In this document: positions 28,753-39,427 of the stretch, piece by piece | How positions within the stretch are numbered: position 1 is the first letter of the stretch | Layout of the letters: every line of letters begins with the position of its first letter | Source of the DNA: Bacteroidota bacterium | GTDB lineage: Bacteria; Bacteroidota; Bacteroidia; Chitinophagales; Chitinophagaceae | Direction: 5' to 3' | Length of the DNA: 64,000 nt | NCBI GenBank assembly: GCA_030706605.1 | Contig: JAUZOE010000007.1 | Span: 8,729 to 72,728 of the forward strand | Notes under the pieces: model-generated | Told to the model about the DNA's origin: nothing | The model's input: only the letters and a program-made list of their open reading frames with translations | The model's database searches: none | Made by a program: the position numbers and the translations under genes

Positions 28753-29511
28753 TTACAACCTTACATTTATGTTTTGTTTTAATAAAAAAGTTTTCAATTC
28801 AGGTATTTTAATTTCTCCAAAATGAAAAACACTTGCCGCTAAACCCGCATCAGCATTAGCAATTGAAAACACATCTGCAAAATGCTGCATCGTACCGGCC
28901 CCTCCTGATGCAATTACCGGCACAGATAGTTTTTCGGAAAACAAAGAAGTTATATCTTCTGCAAAACCATTTTTAGTGCCATCGTTATTCATTGAAGTCA
29001 GGAGGATTTCTCCTGCACCAAGACCTATGGCTTTCTTTGCCCAATCGAATGCTAAAATACTTGTTTTTACTCTTCCCCCATTTAAATAAACATACCAATT
29101 TTCATCACTTTCTTTTTTGGTATCAATGGCAAGTACCACACACTGGCTTCCAAATTCATTCGACATAGAAGTGATTAACTCCGGGTTTTTAAAAGCGGCT
29201 GAATTCACCGAAATCTTATCAGCTCCATTTTGCAATAATTCAAATGCATTCTCAACCGAGGTAATGCCGCCGCCGACTGTAAAAGGTATATTAATATTTG
29301 CCGCTATTCTTTTTACGAGTTCTACCAGCGTTTTTCTTTTTTCGATGGTAGCCGTAATATCCAGAAATACTAATTCGTCAGCGCCCTGGCTTGAATAATA
29401 CATTGCCAATTCTACAGGATCGCCGGCATCCCGGATATTTATGAAATTAATTCCTTTAACGGTTCTGCCGTTTTTAATATCAAGGCAGGGAATTATTCTT
29501 TTTGCAAGCAT
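28753..29511 (-). CDS. hisF: imidazole glycerol phosphate synthase cyclase subunit
   Basis: [51 protein letters not shown]. Confidence 0.97.
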   Translation of the reverse strand: MLAKRIIPCLDIKNGRTVKGINFINIRDAGDPVELAMYYSSQGADELVFLDITATIEKRKTLVELVKRIAANINIPFTVGGGITSVENAFELLQNGADKISVNSAAFKNPELITSMSNEFGSQCVVLAIDTKKESDENWYVYLNGGRVKTSILAFDWAKKAIGLGAGEILLTSMNNDGTKNGFAEDITSLFSEKLSVPVIASGGAGTMQHFADVFSIANADAGLAASVFHFGEIKIPELKTFLLKQNINVRL

Positions 29512-29514
29512 TTA

Positions 29515-30237
29515 TTAATTTTTTAAAAAGCCTTCAATTTGTTTCATCGTTATTTTTCCTTCATAAAAAGCTTTGCCCACAATAGCACCTTTGCACCCGC
29601 TTTTCTTTAAAATAACCAGGTCATCGAAACAGGCAATTCCTCCGCTGGCAATAAGATGTAATGAAGGAAAATTATTTAAAATCTCTTTGTATAAATCTGT
29701 TGATGGACCCTGCATCATACCATCTTTTGAAATGTCAGTGCAGAAAACCTGCAGGATACCTTTTGCGATCATATTTTTTATAAAATCAAATACACTTATC
29801 CCGGTTTCTTCTTTCCATCCGTGGATTTTAATTTTTTTATCCAGCACATCAGCACCGGGCAAAAACTTTTCAGGGCCAAAATCCATAATCCACTGAGCAA
29901 ATAATTCAGGATTTTTTATGATTACACTTCCTACACTCACCATTGAAGCGCCGGCATTAAAAACAGAAGTAATGTCGCTGGTATTTTTTAACCCGCCTCC
30001 AAAATCAATAACCAGGGAAGTATTTTTTGAAATATTTTCAAGAGTCTTCAGATTCTTTAATCCCTGTCCATTCGCTCCATCTAAATCAACTATATGCAAC
30101 CTCAACAACCCTGCATCTTCAAATTTTTTGGCTGCTTCTAAGGGATCATCATGATAAACCATCTTTTTTGTAAAATCGCCTTTTTGCAACCTCACACATT
30201 TTCCATCAATTATATCAAGAGCGGGGATTATTTCCAT
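29515..30237 (-). CDS. hisA: ProFAR isomerase
   Basis: IIPALDIIDGKCVRL.KGD, LHIVDLDGA, DFGGG, CTDISKDGMMQGP, IASGG. Confidence 0.95.
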   Translation of the reverse strand: MEIIPALDIIDGKCVRLQKGDFTKKMVYHDDPLEAAKKFEDAGLLRLHIVDLDGANGQGLKNLKTLENISKNTSLVIDFGGGLKNTSDITSVFNAGASMVSVGSVIIKNPELFAQWIMDFGPEKFLPGADVLDKKIKIHGWKEETGISVFDFIKNMIAKGILQVFCTDISKDGMMQGPSTDLYKEILNNFPSLHLIASGGIACFDDLVILKKSGCKGAIVGKAFYEGKITMKQIEGFLKN

Positions 30238-30846
30238 TTAAATAATATTTATAAAATTTGAAAGTATTTTTTCTCCTGTAGCAGCAGACTTTTCGGTATG
30301 AAACTGGACTCCATAAAAATTATCTTTATGAATAGCCGCACTAAATGGTATTATATAATCAGTGGTAGCAATAGTTTGAGGAGAAAGCTGTGCATAATAA
30401 CTATGCACAAAATACATAAAAGAATTTTCTTTAATTCCCTGCATCAACGAAGAAGAAAGGTTATAGATATTGTTCCAGCCCATGTGCGGGATTTTAACCG
30501 GGACAGCATTTTTATCCCGCAAAGACTCATCAAATTTTTTAACTTCCACATCAAAAATACCAAGACATTTTGTATTTCCCTCTTCACTAAAATTACAAAG
30601 CAACTGAAGGCCAAGGCAGATGCCCAACACAGGTTGTTGTAAGGAAACAATCAATTCGTCAAGCCCGGTTTTATGCAAATATTCCATAGCGGAAGAAGCG
30701 TGCCCCACACCAGGAAAAATCACTTTATCAGCAGCAGCTATTTCCTTATGATTATCCGTAACCTTTGCGTTTACACCCAAACGTTGCAAAGCATATAATA
30801 CACTTTGCACATTGCCGGCATTGTATTTTATAATGGCTAAGTTCAT
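30238..30846 (-). CDS. hisH: imidazole glycerol phosphate synthase glutaminase subunit
   Basis: [38 protein letters not shown]. Confidence 0.95.
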   Translation of the reverse strand: MNLAIIKYNAGNVQSVLYALQRLGVNAKVTDNHKEIAAADKVIFPGVGHASSAMEYLHKTGLDELIVSLQQPVLGICLGLQLLCNFSEEGNTKCLGIFDVEVKKFDESLRDKNAVPVKIPHMGWNNIYNLSSSLMQGIKENSFMYFVHSYYAQLSPQTIATTDYIIPFSAAIHKDNFYGVQFHTEKSAATGEKILSNFINII

Positions 30847-31985
30847 AACAATCCTTTTGTAGTAGGTAACGAATTATTTAACGGGTCTCTTCTTACAGCC
30901 ATTTTTATTGCTTTTGCAAATGCCTTGAAAATGGCTTCAATTTTATGATGCTCGTTGGTTCCTTCTGCTTTAATATTCAGATTACATTTTGAAGCATCAC
31001 TAAATGATTTGAAAAAATGATAAAACATTTCTGTTGGCATTTCTCCTATTTTTTCTCTTTTGAATTCCACATCCCAAACCAGCCAACTTCTTCCACCAAA
31101 GTCAATGGCAACCTGTGCCAGGCAATCATCCATAGGTAATAAATAGCCATATCTTTCTATCCCCCTCTTATCTCCTAATGCCGCTAATACGGTTTCACCC
31201 AAGGCCAAAGCCACATCTTCAATAGTGTGGTGTTCATCAATATGGAGATCACCTTCGCAATGTATTTTAAGATCCATACCGGAATGTTTGGCAACCTGGT
31301 CAAGCATGTGATCAAAAAAACCTAACCCGGTTTTATTATCTGCCTTTCCACTGCCATCGAGATTAATTTCGACCTCTATTTTAGTTTCATTGGTATTTCG
31401 TGAATGAGAAATTTTCCTTGGAGGCAATTTTAAAAAAGTATAAATATCTTCCCAATTTTGCGTTTCAAGCGCTATTACTTCTTTTAAAGCATTTTGGGTA
31501 ACTGTTATTTCATCATTGCCTAATGCATCATGATTATTAATCCAGAAAGCACGACAACCCAGATTTTTAGCCAATTGCACATCAGTAAGCCTGTCACCAA
31601 TCACAAAAGAATTCTCTAAATCATATTTCTCTTTATCAAAATATTCTTCAAGCATTCCTGTGCCGGGTTTGCGGGTATGTTTATTCTCATGAGGAAATGT
31701 CCTATCTATTAATATTTCTGAAAAAATAATGTCTTCATTTTCAAGAGCGCTCAAAATAAAATGCTGTATTGGCCAGAAAGAGTCTTCAGGAAATCCTTCT
31801 GTGCCCAGTCCATCCTGGTTAGTAACCATCACTAATTCGTAATCAAATTCTTTTACAATTTTAGTCAGGTATTTAAAAACCTTAGGATAAAATTCCAGTT
31901 TTGCAAAAGCATCGAGTTGGTATGTTGGAGGCGCTTCTCTAATAATGGTACCATCCCGGTCTATAAATAATACTTTTTTACGCAT
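30843..31985 (-). CDS. hisB: bifunctional histidinol-phosphatase / imidazoleglycerol-phosphate dehydratase
   Basis: HAD motif [36 protein letters not shown]. Confidence 0.97.
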   Translation of the reverse strand: MRKKVLFIDRDGTIIREAPPTYQLDAFAKLEFYPKVFKYLTKIVKEFDYELVMVTNQDGLGTEGFPEDSFWPIQHFILSALENEDIIFSEILIDRTFPHENKHTRKPGTGMLEEYFDKEKYDLENSFVIGDRLTDVQLAKNLGCRAFWINNHDALGNDEITVTQNALKEVIALETQNWEDIYTFLKLPPRKISHSRNTNETKIEVEINLDGSGKADNKTGLGFFDHMLDQVAKHSGMDLKIHCEGDLHIDEHHTIEDVALALGETVLAALGDKRGIERYGYLLPMDDCLAQVAIDFGGRSWLVWDVEFKREKIGEMPTEMFYHFFKSFSDASKCNLNIKAEGTNEHHKIEAIFKAFAKAIKMAVRRDPLNNSLPTTKGLL

Positions 31986-33030
31986 AATTCTTTAAAGTTT
32001 TAATTAGTGTTTCATTTTCTGCAGGTGTTCCTATGGTTATTCTTATGCAATTTTCGCACAGCGGCTCTTTAGTCCGGTTGCGGACAATAATCTGATGAGC
32101 CAATAAATATTGGTATAATTTATTCGCATTGTCGGTTTTTACTAAAAAAAAGTTAGAGTCAGAAGGGTAAACTTTTTTTATAAAATCAAATTCTGATAAT
32201 TGTTGCTGAAGAAGGCTTCTTTGCTCTACTATAATTTTTATGTGTTCGTTTACTTCTGCAATATTAGCCAATGCTTTTATTCCCAGTTGTTGTGATGCCT
32301 GGTTAATATTATACGGAGGTTTCACTTTATTAAAAAGATCAATGATTTTTTCTGAAGCAAAACCCAACCCAAGTCTTAAAGCCGCAAGTCCCCATGCCTT
32401 TGAAAGTGTATGCATCACTATCAGATTCTCATATTCTGTAAGTTCCTGTATAAATGGTTTTTGACGCGAATAATTAATATACGCTTCGTCAATAATAACG
32501 ATTCCCGAAAAATTATTCAGCAGGAATTCAACATCCATCCTGTCCATATTATTCCCCGTAGGATTATTAGGAGAACAAATAAAAAGCAACTTGGTTTTTT
32601 CATCCACTGCTGATAAAACACCTTCAACATCCAGTTGAAAATCTCCCGTTAAATTAACTTCCCTTGCTTCAATATTATTAATATCAGCACCTACTTTATA
32701 CATGCCATAAGTAGGTGGGCAAATAATCACATTGTCCATACCGGGTTCACAAAAAATACGATATGCCAAATCAATTACTTCATCACTACCATTGCCAATA
32801 AAAATATTCTGAGGAGGCACTCCCTTTATTTTTGAAAGATCTACTTTCAACTGCCATTGCAAAGGATCAGGATAGCGATGAAAATTTTCATCCAAAGGTG
32901 ACCCAAAAGCGTTTTCATTAGCATCTAAAAATACAGAAGCCTCCCCGGTAAATTCACTCCTGGCTGAAGAATAAGGCTCCAGGTTTTTTATATTTTCTCT
33001 TACGAGTTTATCAATATTAAATTCAGTCAT
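31978..33030 (-). CDS. hisC: histidinol-phosphate aminotransferase
   Basis: [46 protein letters not shown]. Confidence 0.95.
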   Translation of the reverse strand: MTEFNIDKLVRENIKNLEPYSSARSEFTGEASVFLDANENAFGSPLDENFHRYPDPLQWQLKVDLSKIKGVPPQNIFIGNGSDEVIDLAYRIFCEPGMDNVIICPPTYGMYKVGADINNIEAREVNLTGDFQLDVEGVLSAVDEKTKLLFICSPNNPTGNNMDRMDVEFLLNNFSGIVIIDEAYINYSRQKPFIQELTEYENLIVMHTLSKAWGLAALRLGLGFASEKIIDLFNKVKPPYNINQASQQLGIKALANIAEVNEHIKIIVEQRSLLQQQLSEFDFIKKVYPSDSNFFLVKTDNANKLYQYLLAHQIIVRNRTKEPLCENCIRITIGTPAENETLIKTLKNYA

Positions 33031-33033
33031 TTT

Positions 33034-34317
33034 TTATTTTTTTTTCAGGCGAATAGTAACTGCATTTTTATGCGCATCAAGCCTTTCTGCAGATGCCATT
33101 AGCTCTATGGCAGGCCCGATATTATTGATCCCTTTTTGAATAATTTTTTGAAAAGTAATTTTCTTTACAAAACTATCTACCGAAACGCCACTGTACGTCT
33201 TTGCAGTTCCGTTAGTGGGCAGCGAATGATTGGTGCCTGAAGCATAATCTCCTGCACTTTCAGGAGAAAGATTGCCGAGAAAAACACTTCCTGCATTTTT
33301 TACAAACGCTGATAGTTGTTCCGCTTTTTGGGATGCAATTATCAAATGCTCAGGAGCATATTCATTTAAAAAATCGAAAGCCTCTTCTTTTTTATTAATC
33401 ACTATAAATCTCCTGTTCAGAAAACTTTGTTCAATAATGTCTTTCCGGGGAAGTGAAGGCAATTGCCTGTGAATTTCATTCACCACATTTTTAATAATAG
33501 TTTCATTTGATGCTACCAGTACTACCTGGCTGTCAGCGCCATGCTCGGCCTGGCTCAAAAGATCTGCAGCAACAAAAGCAGGAATGCAAGTATTATCTGC
33601 ATAAACAGCCAGTTCGCTCGGTCCTGCCAGCATATCAATAGCCACTCCATCCATGTTTACTAATTTTTTTGCACAGGTAACATACTGATTTCCCGGCCCG
33701 AATATTTTATCCACTTTGTCAACAGTTTGCGTACCGTAGGCCATTGCAGCAATTGCCTGTGCACCACCACCTTTATACACGTTTTTAATCCCCAGGATAT
33801 TAGCTACAAATAAAACCGCAGGATCTACATTCCCGCTTTTGTTAGCCGGCGTGGTAACCATAATATTTTTACAACCTGCAATTTTTGCCGGGATAGCGAG
33901 CATCAATAAGGTAGAAAATAAAGGAGCACTCCCACCGGGAATATATAAGCCAATCTTTTCGACAGGCACACTTTTGCGCCAGCAAACCACGCCGGGCGAA
34001 GTTGCAATTTTCTTTATTTTTTCAACCTGTTGCCCGTGAAATTTTTCAATATTTTTCTTAGCAAGTAAAATTGCTTTTTTCAAATATTTATTAATGGTTT
34101 TTGAAGAATCCGCAATCTCCTGGGGAGTTACCCATAAATTATCAGGTGCAAAACCATGAAATTTTAAAGAATAATTCTTTACCGCTTCATCGCCTTGCTG
34201 CTTTACGGTATTAATAATCTCTAAAATAGTTTCTTCCAGGTTCTGGGCATCTATTCGTGGCCTCTGCATTAATTGGGACCATTCTTCTCTTGGCGGTTTT
34301 ACAATAATTGCATTCAT
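33034..34317 (-). CDS. hisD: histidinol dehydrogenase
   Basis: GLYIPGGSAPLFST, GGAQAIAAMAYG, IFGPGNQYV, LSQAEHG, APEHL, GDYASGTNH. Confidence 0.97.
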   Translation of the reverse strand: MNAIIVKPPREEWSQLMQRPRIDAQNLEETILEIINTVKQQGDEAVKNYSLKFHGFAPDNLWVTPQEIADSSKTINKYLKKAILLAKKNIEKFHGQQVEKIKKIATSPGVVCWRKSVPVEKIGLYIPGGSAPLFSTLLMLAIPAKIAGCKNIMVTTPANKSGNVDPAVLFVANILGIKNVYKGGGAQAIAAMAYGTQTVDKVDKIFGPGNQYVTCAKKLVNMDGVAIDMLAGPSELAVYADNTCIPAFVAADLLSQAEHGADSQVVLVASNETIIKNVVNEIHRQLPSLPRKDIIEQSFLNRRFIVINKKEEAFDFLNEYAPEHLIIASQKAEQLSAFVKNAGSVFLGNLSPESAGDYASGTNHSLPTNGTAKTYSGVSVDSFVKKITFQKIIQKGINNIGPAIELMASAERLDAHKNAVTIRLKKK

Positions 34318-34328
34318 GTTTATTCTTT

Positions 34329-35180
34329 TTATAAAATCATTTTTTCAATAGGTACAATCAAAATCCCTTCTGCTTCAAAAGATTTGAGTTTTTCAATCAC
34401 CTGCCAAAAATCACTTTCTTTTACAACACTCTGGATACTGCTCCAGCCGGTTTCTGCCAACGGAACTATTGTAGGACTTTTCATGCCCGGCAATAAGGAA
34501 CAAATATTTTTCAATTGCGAATTGGGGGCATTCATCATAATATACTTATTGTTCTTAGCTGCTTTTACAGCATTTACCCTTAATAAGAGGTTGTCAAGAA
34601 TCTTTGTCTTTTCAGCATCAAGATTTCGATTAGCTACCAGCACGGCTTCTGATTTCAGAATGACTTCCACTTCTTTTAACCCATTTGTAAAGAGCGTGCT
34701 TCCGCTACTTACCAGGTCGCAAATGGCATCAGCAAGACCTATTCCAGGTGCAATTTCCACTGAACCACTTATCTCATGAATTTCGGCTTTTACATTATTT
34801 TCATCCAAATATTTTTGCAAAAGGATGGCATAGGAAGTAGCGATTTTTAATCCCTGCAAATCTTTGGGACCAGAGTAAGCCATATTTTTCGGAACCGCAA
34901 TACTTAATCTACAACGACCAAACCCAAGCTTGCTTACGACCTCAACATCCTTATTTTTTTCAAGCAAAACATTTTCACCAACAATACCTATATCAGCAAC
35001 ATTATCAAAAACATACTGGGGAATATCATCGTCCCGTAAAAAATAGGCTTCCAATGGAAAATCGAGTGCAAAGGCTTTTAATTGCCGGTTCCCATTGTTA
35101 AGTTCAATACCACATTCTTTTAAAAGTTGCAGTGAATGATCATAAAGTCTCCCCGATTTCTGAATAGCTATTTTTAGCAT
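34329..35180 (-). CDS. hisG: ATP phosphoribosyltransferase (long form)
   Basis: IAIQKSGRL, RDDDIP, ADIGIVGEN, GSVEIAPGIGLADAICDLVSSGSTL. Confidence 0.97.
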   Translation of the reverse strand: MLKIAIQKSGRLYDHSLQLLKECGIELNNGNRQLKAFALDFPLEAYFLRDDDIPQYVFDNVADIGIVGENVLLEKNKDVEVVSKLGFGRCRLSIAVPKNMAYSGPKDLQGLKIATSYAILLQKYLDENNVKAEIHEISGSVEIAPGIGLADAICDLVSSGSTLFTNGLKEVEVILKSEAVLVANRNLDAEKTKILDNLLLRVNAVKAAKNNKYIMMNAPNSQLKNICSLLPGMKSPTIVPLAETGWSSIQSVVKESDFWQVIEKLKSFEAEGILIVPIEKMIL

Positions 35181-35204
35181 TGTGTTTTGTTTAGAATTAA
35201 ATTT

Positions 35205-35238
35205 AAAAAATAAAAAAGGCTCACTTTTCAGTAAGCCT
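35205..35238 (-). terminator. his attenuator terminator hairpin
   Basis: Minus strand AGGCTTAC-TGAAAA-GTGAGCCT followed by TTTTTATTTTTT, 24 nt before hisG. Confidence 0.85.
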
Positions 35239-35268
35239 ATTATTTAAATATGTTTCATTACATACAAA

Positions 35269-35328
35269 TCAACACGGCTTACCAATGGGTAATAAATGAT
35301 GATGATGTATGTGAATAGTTTGTTTCAT
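35269..35328 (-). CDS. hisL: his operon leader peptide MKQTIHIHHHHLLPIGKPC (19 aa)
   Basis: Five His codons including four in a row; lies directly upstream of the terminator and hisG; not in the ORF track. Confidence 0.9.
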   Translation of the reverse strand: MKQTIHIHHHHLLPIGKPC

Positions 35329-35384
35329 TTGAGGCACAAAGTAATGAATGAAAATTTATATGAACAAAAATATTTTGCAAAAAT

Positions 35385-36401
35385 TTAAAATGGTGCTACA
35401 GAAATTCCCAATCCATTTCCACTGGCATAAATAATTTTCCCAAAATCAAATTGAACTCCTTTTGCTACATCATCCGCTAACAACAAAGGACCATCCATAT
35501 CTGCATAATCGATTAATGGCAATAGTTGTGCAATAGCACCTGAACCTATTGAACTTTCATTCATAGAACCAACCATTACTTTTAACTCTAATTCACGGGC
35601 TTTTGTAATCATCCGCAATGCAGGAGTGATACCACTGCACTTGGTCAACTTAATATTAATACCATGGAAAAAACCTTTGCATTTTTCCACATCCTGCTCC
35701 GAAACACAACTTTCATCAGCAATGAGTGGCAAAGGCGAATGTTCGTATAAATATTTCATTCCTTCCCAGTCGTCTTTTGCCAATGGCTGCTCAATAAATT
35801 CTACATTTAAGCCCGCAAAAATTTTTATCTTTTCCAATGCCTCCTCAGCCTTCCACGCTGCATTGGCATCTATCCGAAACGCAGTATCTGTATGTTTTCT
35901 CAATTCCTGCATAATCTGGATATCTTCCGTAGTTCCTAATTTAATCTTATAAACAGGCCATGGCGTTTCTTGCATTTTTAAAACCATCTTTTCGATAGAA
36001 TCAATACCGATGGTGATATCAGTAAGAGGATTTTTTGAAATATCAAGATTCCATAAACGGTATAGTTGCTTTCCCCGCATCTTCCCAAAAATATCCCACC
36101 CGGCCATATCAAGTGCACATACTAAAAAAGGGTTTTTAGGAAAAAGATGATGCAAGTAATGCCAGTATCTTTCAGGTTCAGTAAAGGCTGCCTTTTCAAT
36201 TAATTGTTTCTTCGTTTCAATATCTGCAATCATCTGGTCAACAGAAACATTGTAGTAAGGTATGGCGGGTGCTTCTCCATAACCTTTTATCCCAAAAAAA
36301 TCAAGTTCCACTAATAGTGCAGGCTGATGTGTTTTGGTCCCTTTTGAAATAGTAAACGGATGCCTGAACTGCAGGTTAGAGCTTTTATATTTTATATTCA
36401 T
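35385..36401 (-). CDS. dipeptide (L-Ala-D/L-Glu) epimerase, enolase superfamily
   Basis: PFTISKG, GYGEA, YKIKLG, RIDANAAW, FIEQP, IADES, INIKLTKCSG, DMDGPLLL. Confidence 0.9.
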   Translation of the reverse strand: MNIKYKSSNLQFRHPFTISKGTKTHQPALLVELDFFGIKGYGEAPAIPYYNVSVDQMIADIETKKQLIEKAAFTEPERYWHYLHHLFPKNPFLVCALDMAGWDIFGKMRGKQLYRLWNLDISKNPLTDITIGIDSIEKMVLKMQETPWPVYKIKLGTTEDIQIMQELRKHTDTAFRIDANAAWKAEEALEKIKIFAGLNVEFIEQPLAKDDWEGMKYLYEHSPLPLIADESCVSEQDVEKCKGFFHGINIKLTKCSGITPALRMITKARELELKVMVGSMNESSIGSGAIAQLLPLIDYADMDGPLLLADDVAKGVQFDFGKIIYASGNGLGISVAPF

Positions 36402-36523
36402 AAACCCTTGCCCAACAGGAAAACTGTAAAATTTCCTATTTAAGTTTTTTTGATTTAAAAATTTTTAATCAATCCTCATCTTTTTATAACAAAAAATAAA
36501 CCCAGACTATCTTTTAGTAAGTA

Positions 36524-39214
36524 TCACGAATTTCTGTCACTATCTGTAATGTAGTTTAATAATTCTTCATTAAAATCATTTTGTTTCAAAAGATTTTCCA
36601 TATTCAGATGTATCCGATAATGCCAGTAATGGTCAGAATCTGCAGGAATATTAATTCTTTCGTCATGAGGATTTTCCCGCCGAAGTTGTTCGTCCATACC
36701 TAACAGGTCTGATAATTGAAAAATACTCCACATCGCCGGTGAATATAGATGCTGCAATATTATCTCCTTATTGATCCAGCCTTCACATTCATGTGGTGCT
36801 TCGCCATAATGCCCCAGCATATAATTATAAAAATGCTGTGTCTTGTCATAGTCTTCTTCCCACCACCCCCTTATTGTACTCATATCATGGGTAGATGGCG
36901 TAACTATTGATAAATACAAAGCGTCTTTGGGATGAAAGAATTCAGTCCCGGTATCCTTGGGCATTCTTTCTATTTCAAGTCCTAATATTCCCAGATTATT
37001 CATTACCTCCGGCACACAATGAGGTACCATACCAAGATCCTCGCCACAAATCAACATATTGGTGGTACGTTTCAACTGCGGTAGTTTTTTCATGGCTTCT
37101 TTTTTCCAAAAATTATCCTGGCGCCGGTAGAAATAGTTGATATAAAGCTCTTCCAGTTGCCGCTGTGTATGTTGATCAAGATGAGCAAAGGAAGAGGTTC
37201 GGTCCATAGCAATCCTAAAATGAAATTTCTGATCTTTAGAATTTTTCTCTTCCAGCAAAATCACATTACTGATCAAATCAAACAAACCTTGTTTTATGAT
37301 ACTCTTTTTCTGTTTTTCATTTGAAAAATATTCAGCCACTTTGGCCTGGGTATTTACCTCTTCTTTCAAATGGTAATAACCACTGTTAGAAAGATCCAAA
37401 AAAGTATCTTTAACTTCTTCTGCTTTTTCATGAAAAATATTTTGAAGTATTTCGTCTGTGATAAAAGGTTTACAATACCGATCTCTATCAAACCATATAT
37501 GATAGTTATGAAATTCTGAAATATCGACAGGAATGGCCGGAGAAAACCTTCCCAGAATTCCCTCCACCGCATTCATCGGGATACTCCATATCCTAAAAAA
37601 ACCAAGAATATGATCAATACGAAAGGCATCAAAATAATTGCTCATCTGATCAAATCGCCTGCGCCACCATTCAAAATTATCCAGCTTCATTTTTTCCCAA
37701 TTATAGGTAGGGAAGCCCCAGTTCTGGCCCTTTACTGCAAAATCATCCGGCGGTGCACCTGCCTGTTCATCCAGATTATACAATGATGGATTCATCCACG
37801 CATCGCATCCATAACGATAAACTCCAATAGGTATATCTCCTTTCAAAATAATATGTTGCTGATGGGCATAATCAGCTACTTCTTTCATCTGCAAATGCAA
37901 ATGATATTGAACGAAATAAAAAAATGCGATCCCATCATAATACGATTTTGACGGCGCTACAAATTTCTGAATAGCTGATTCATTATATACCTTATGAGTT
38001 TTCCATTTGGTAAAATCAGGCGTCTTATATTTATCGCGTAAATAAGAAAATGCCGCATAAGGCACCAGCCAATGGCGATTTAATTCAAAAAATTCAAAAT
38101 AATTCAGATCATTTTTAAATTCATTTTTGCACGCCAGGTACAATTCTTTCAGAGCAGACAATTTAAATTTCATTACCTGCTCATAATCAAATTCTGCCAG
38201 ATCATTCAATTGCTTTTGTTTCCTTTTCAGAGGCTTTACAATTGAATTGAATTTCTTTCCGGCAACTTTTTCAAGATTGATGTATAAGGGATGCAAAGCA
38301 AAAGCAGAAATTGCTGCATAAGGATAAGAGTCGTGCCAATTATGATGAGCTGTGGTATCATTAACCGGCAATAGCTGAATTAATTGTAACCCTGTTTTTT
38401 TAGCCCAATCAATTAGTAATTTAATATCGCTAAATTCTCCCACTCCAAAACTTTTTCGTGATCGTAAGCCAAAAACAGGAATAGAAACACCTGCACCTTT
38501 CCAAAGTTTTTGGGGATAATTGACAAATCCGTCATGAAGAATGATCAATGCATCTTCATTATCATTTTTTTGTAAAGACCTGTTTTCGCCATCTTCATAC
38601 CGCACTACTTTTTTTTCATTGAGGTTGTATATACCATATTTATAAGTAGCCGGCCATTCATTTTCTTCGAGACAAATATTTGCGACAAACCAGTTATTTT
38701 TTGGGTATAGCAGTACAGGGTTTTCGGTATCCCAGTTTTTTAAATTTTTGGTAGACCCACATAAAAAGATAGTCTCTCCGGGCTGAAGCAAAGGCGCTTT
38801 TACCCTAAACTCGTGTGTAAATTTTTTGAGCTTACTTATTTTTGTTTTGGTTACAGGTGGTAATAAAATTTTACTGAATGCCCGGGTAAAAAAAACATTT
38901 CCGATATTGCCTGCCGAATTCCACGTATCAGTTATAGTAAACGATTTGTTTTTATAAACAGATAAATCAATACTCCGGTTTTCTTCGCCATCAAAGATTT
39001 CCAGGCCGTTTTTATCTTTCAGAATATATTTATAAATAATGGTATCATCAAAATCATCCGGCAATTCTAAAGAACCATGCCAAAATTCTTCATTAAACCA
39101 GGAAAGTGCAACGGCTTTTGAAGAATCGTTATCGCCCAGGTATTGGTTATTCCCGGAAATAAATATATCCTCACCGAATACTGTGCGATATTTTAAATAA
39201 AAATTGATCGTCAT
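36524..39214 (-). CDS. malQ: 4-alpha-glucanotransferase (GH77, DPE2-like with two CBM20 domains)
   Basis: Two N-terminal CBM20-like repeats, GAGVSIPVFGLRS, IQLLPVNDT, LKGDIPIG, RIDHILGFFRIW, CGEDLG, STHDMST. Confidence 0.9.
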   Translation of the reverse strand: MTINFYLKYRTVFGEDIFISGNNQYLGDNDSSKAVALSWFNEEFWHGSLELPDDFDDTIIYKYILKDKNGLEIFDGEENRSIDLSVYKNKSFTITDTWNSAGNIGNVFFTRAFSKILLPPVTKTKISKLKKFTHEFRVKAPLLQPGETIFLCGSTKNLKNWDTENPVLLYPKNNWFVANICLEENEWPATYKYGIYNLNEKKVVRYEDGENRSLQKNDNEDALIILHDGFVNYPQKLWKGAGVSIPVFGLRSRKSFGVGEFSDIKLLIDWAKKTGLQLIQLLPVNDTTAHHNWHDSYPYAAISAFALHPLYINLEKVAGKKFNSIVKPLKRKQKQLNDLAEFDYEQVMKFKLSALKELYLACKNEFKNDLNYFEFFELNRHWLVPYAAFSYLRDKYKTPDFTKWKTHKVYNESAIQKFVAPSKSYYDGIAFFYFVQYHLHLQMKEVADYAHQQHIILKGDIPIGVYRYGCDAWMNPSLYNLDEQAGAPPDDFAVKGQNWGFPTYNWEKMKLDNFEWWRRRFDQMSNYFDAFRIDHILGFFRIWSIPMNAVEGILGRFSPAIPVDISEFHNYHIWFDRDRYCKPFITDEILQNIFHEKAEEVKDTFLDLSNSGYYHLKEEVNTQAKVAEYFSNEKQKKSIIKQGLFDLISNVILLEEKNSKDQKFHFRIAMDRTSSFAHLDQHTQRQLEELYINYFYRRQDNFWKKEAMKKLPQLKRTTNMLICGEDLGMVPHCVPEVMNNLGILGLEIERMPKDTGTEFFHPKDALYLSIVTPSTHDMSTIRGWWEEDYDKTQHFYNYMLGHYGEAPHECEGWINKEIILQHLYSPAMWSIFQLSDLLGMDEQLRRENPHDERINIPADSDHYWHYRIHLNMENLLKQNDFNEELLNYITDSDRNS

Positions 39215-39366
39215 TGTTTACTTATATATAGAACCGGCAATTTAATCTGTTTGCATTAAATTAAAGAAAGGTGCAAATGCAATTAATAAAATGAATATAA
39301 AACAAAAATATATAACCAGGTTATTAAGAGTATTGCAAATGTATTTTTTAAAATTTAACCAGGCAG

Positions 39367-39403
39367 AAAAAAAGAGGTTGAATACTCTTCAACCTCTTTT
39401 TTT
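39367..39403 (-). terminator. intrinsic terminator downstream of dnaK
   Basis: AAAAAAAGAGGTTGAA-TACTC-TTCAACCTCTTTTTTT perfect 16-bp inverted repeat. Confidence 0.9.
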
Positions 39404-39427
39404 ATTAAATCTATCTATTAAACCAAT

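Noticed and set aside
28699-28753. Possible REP-like hairpin between hisF and hisIE
   Set aside because: Pairing is too weak and I saw no second copy
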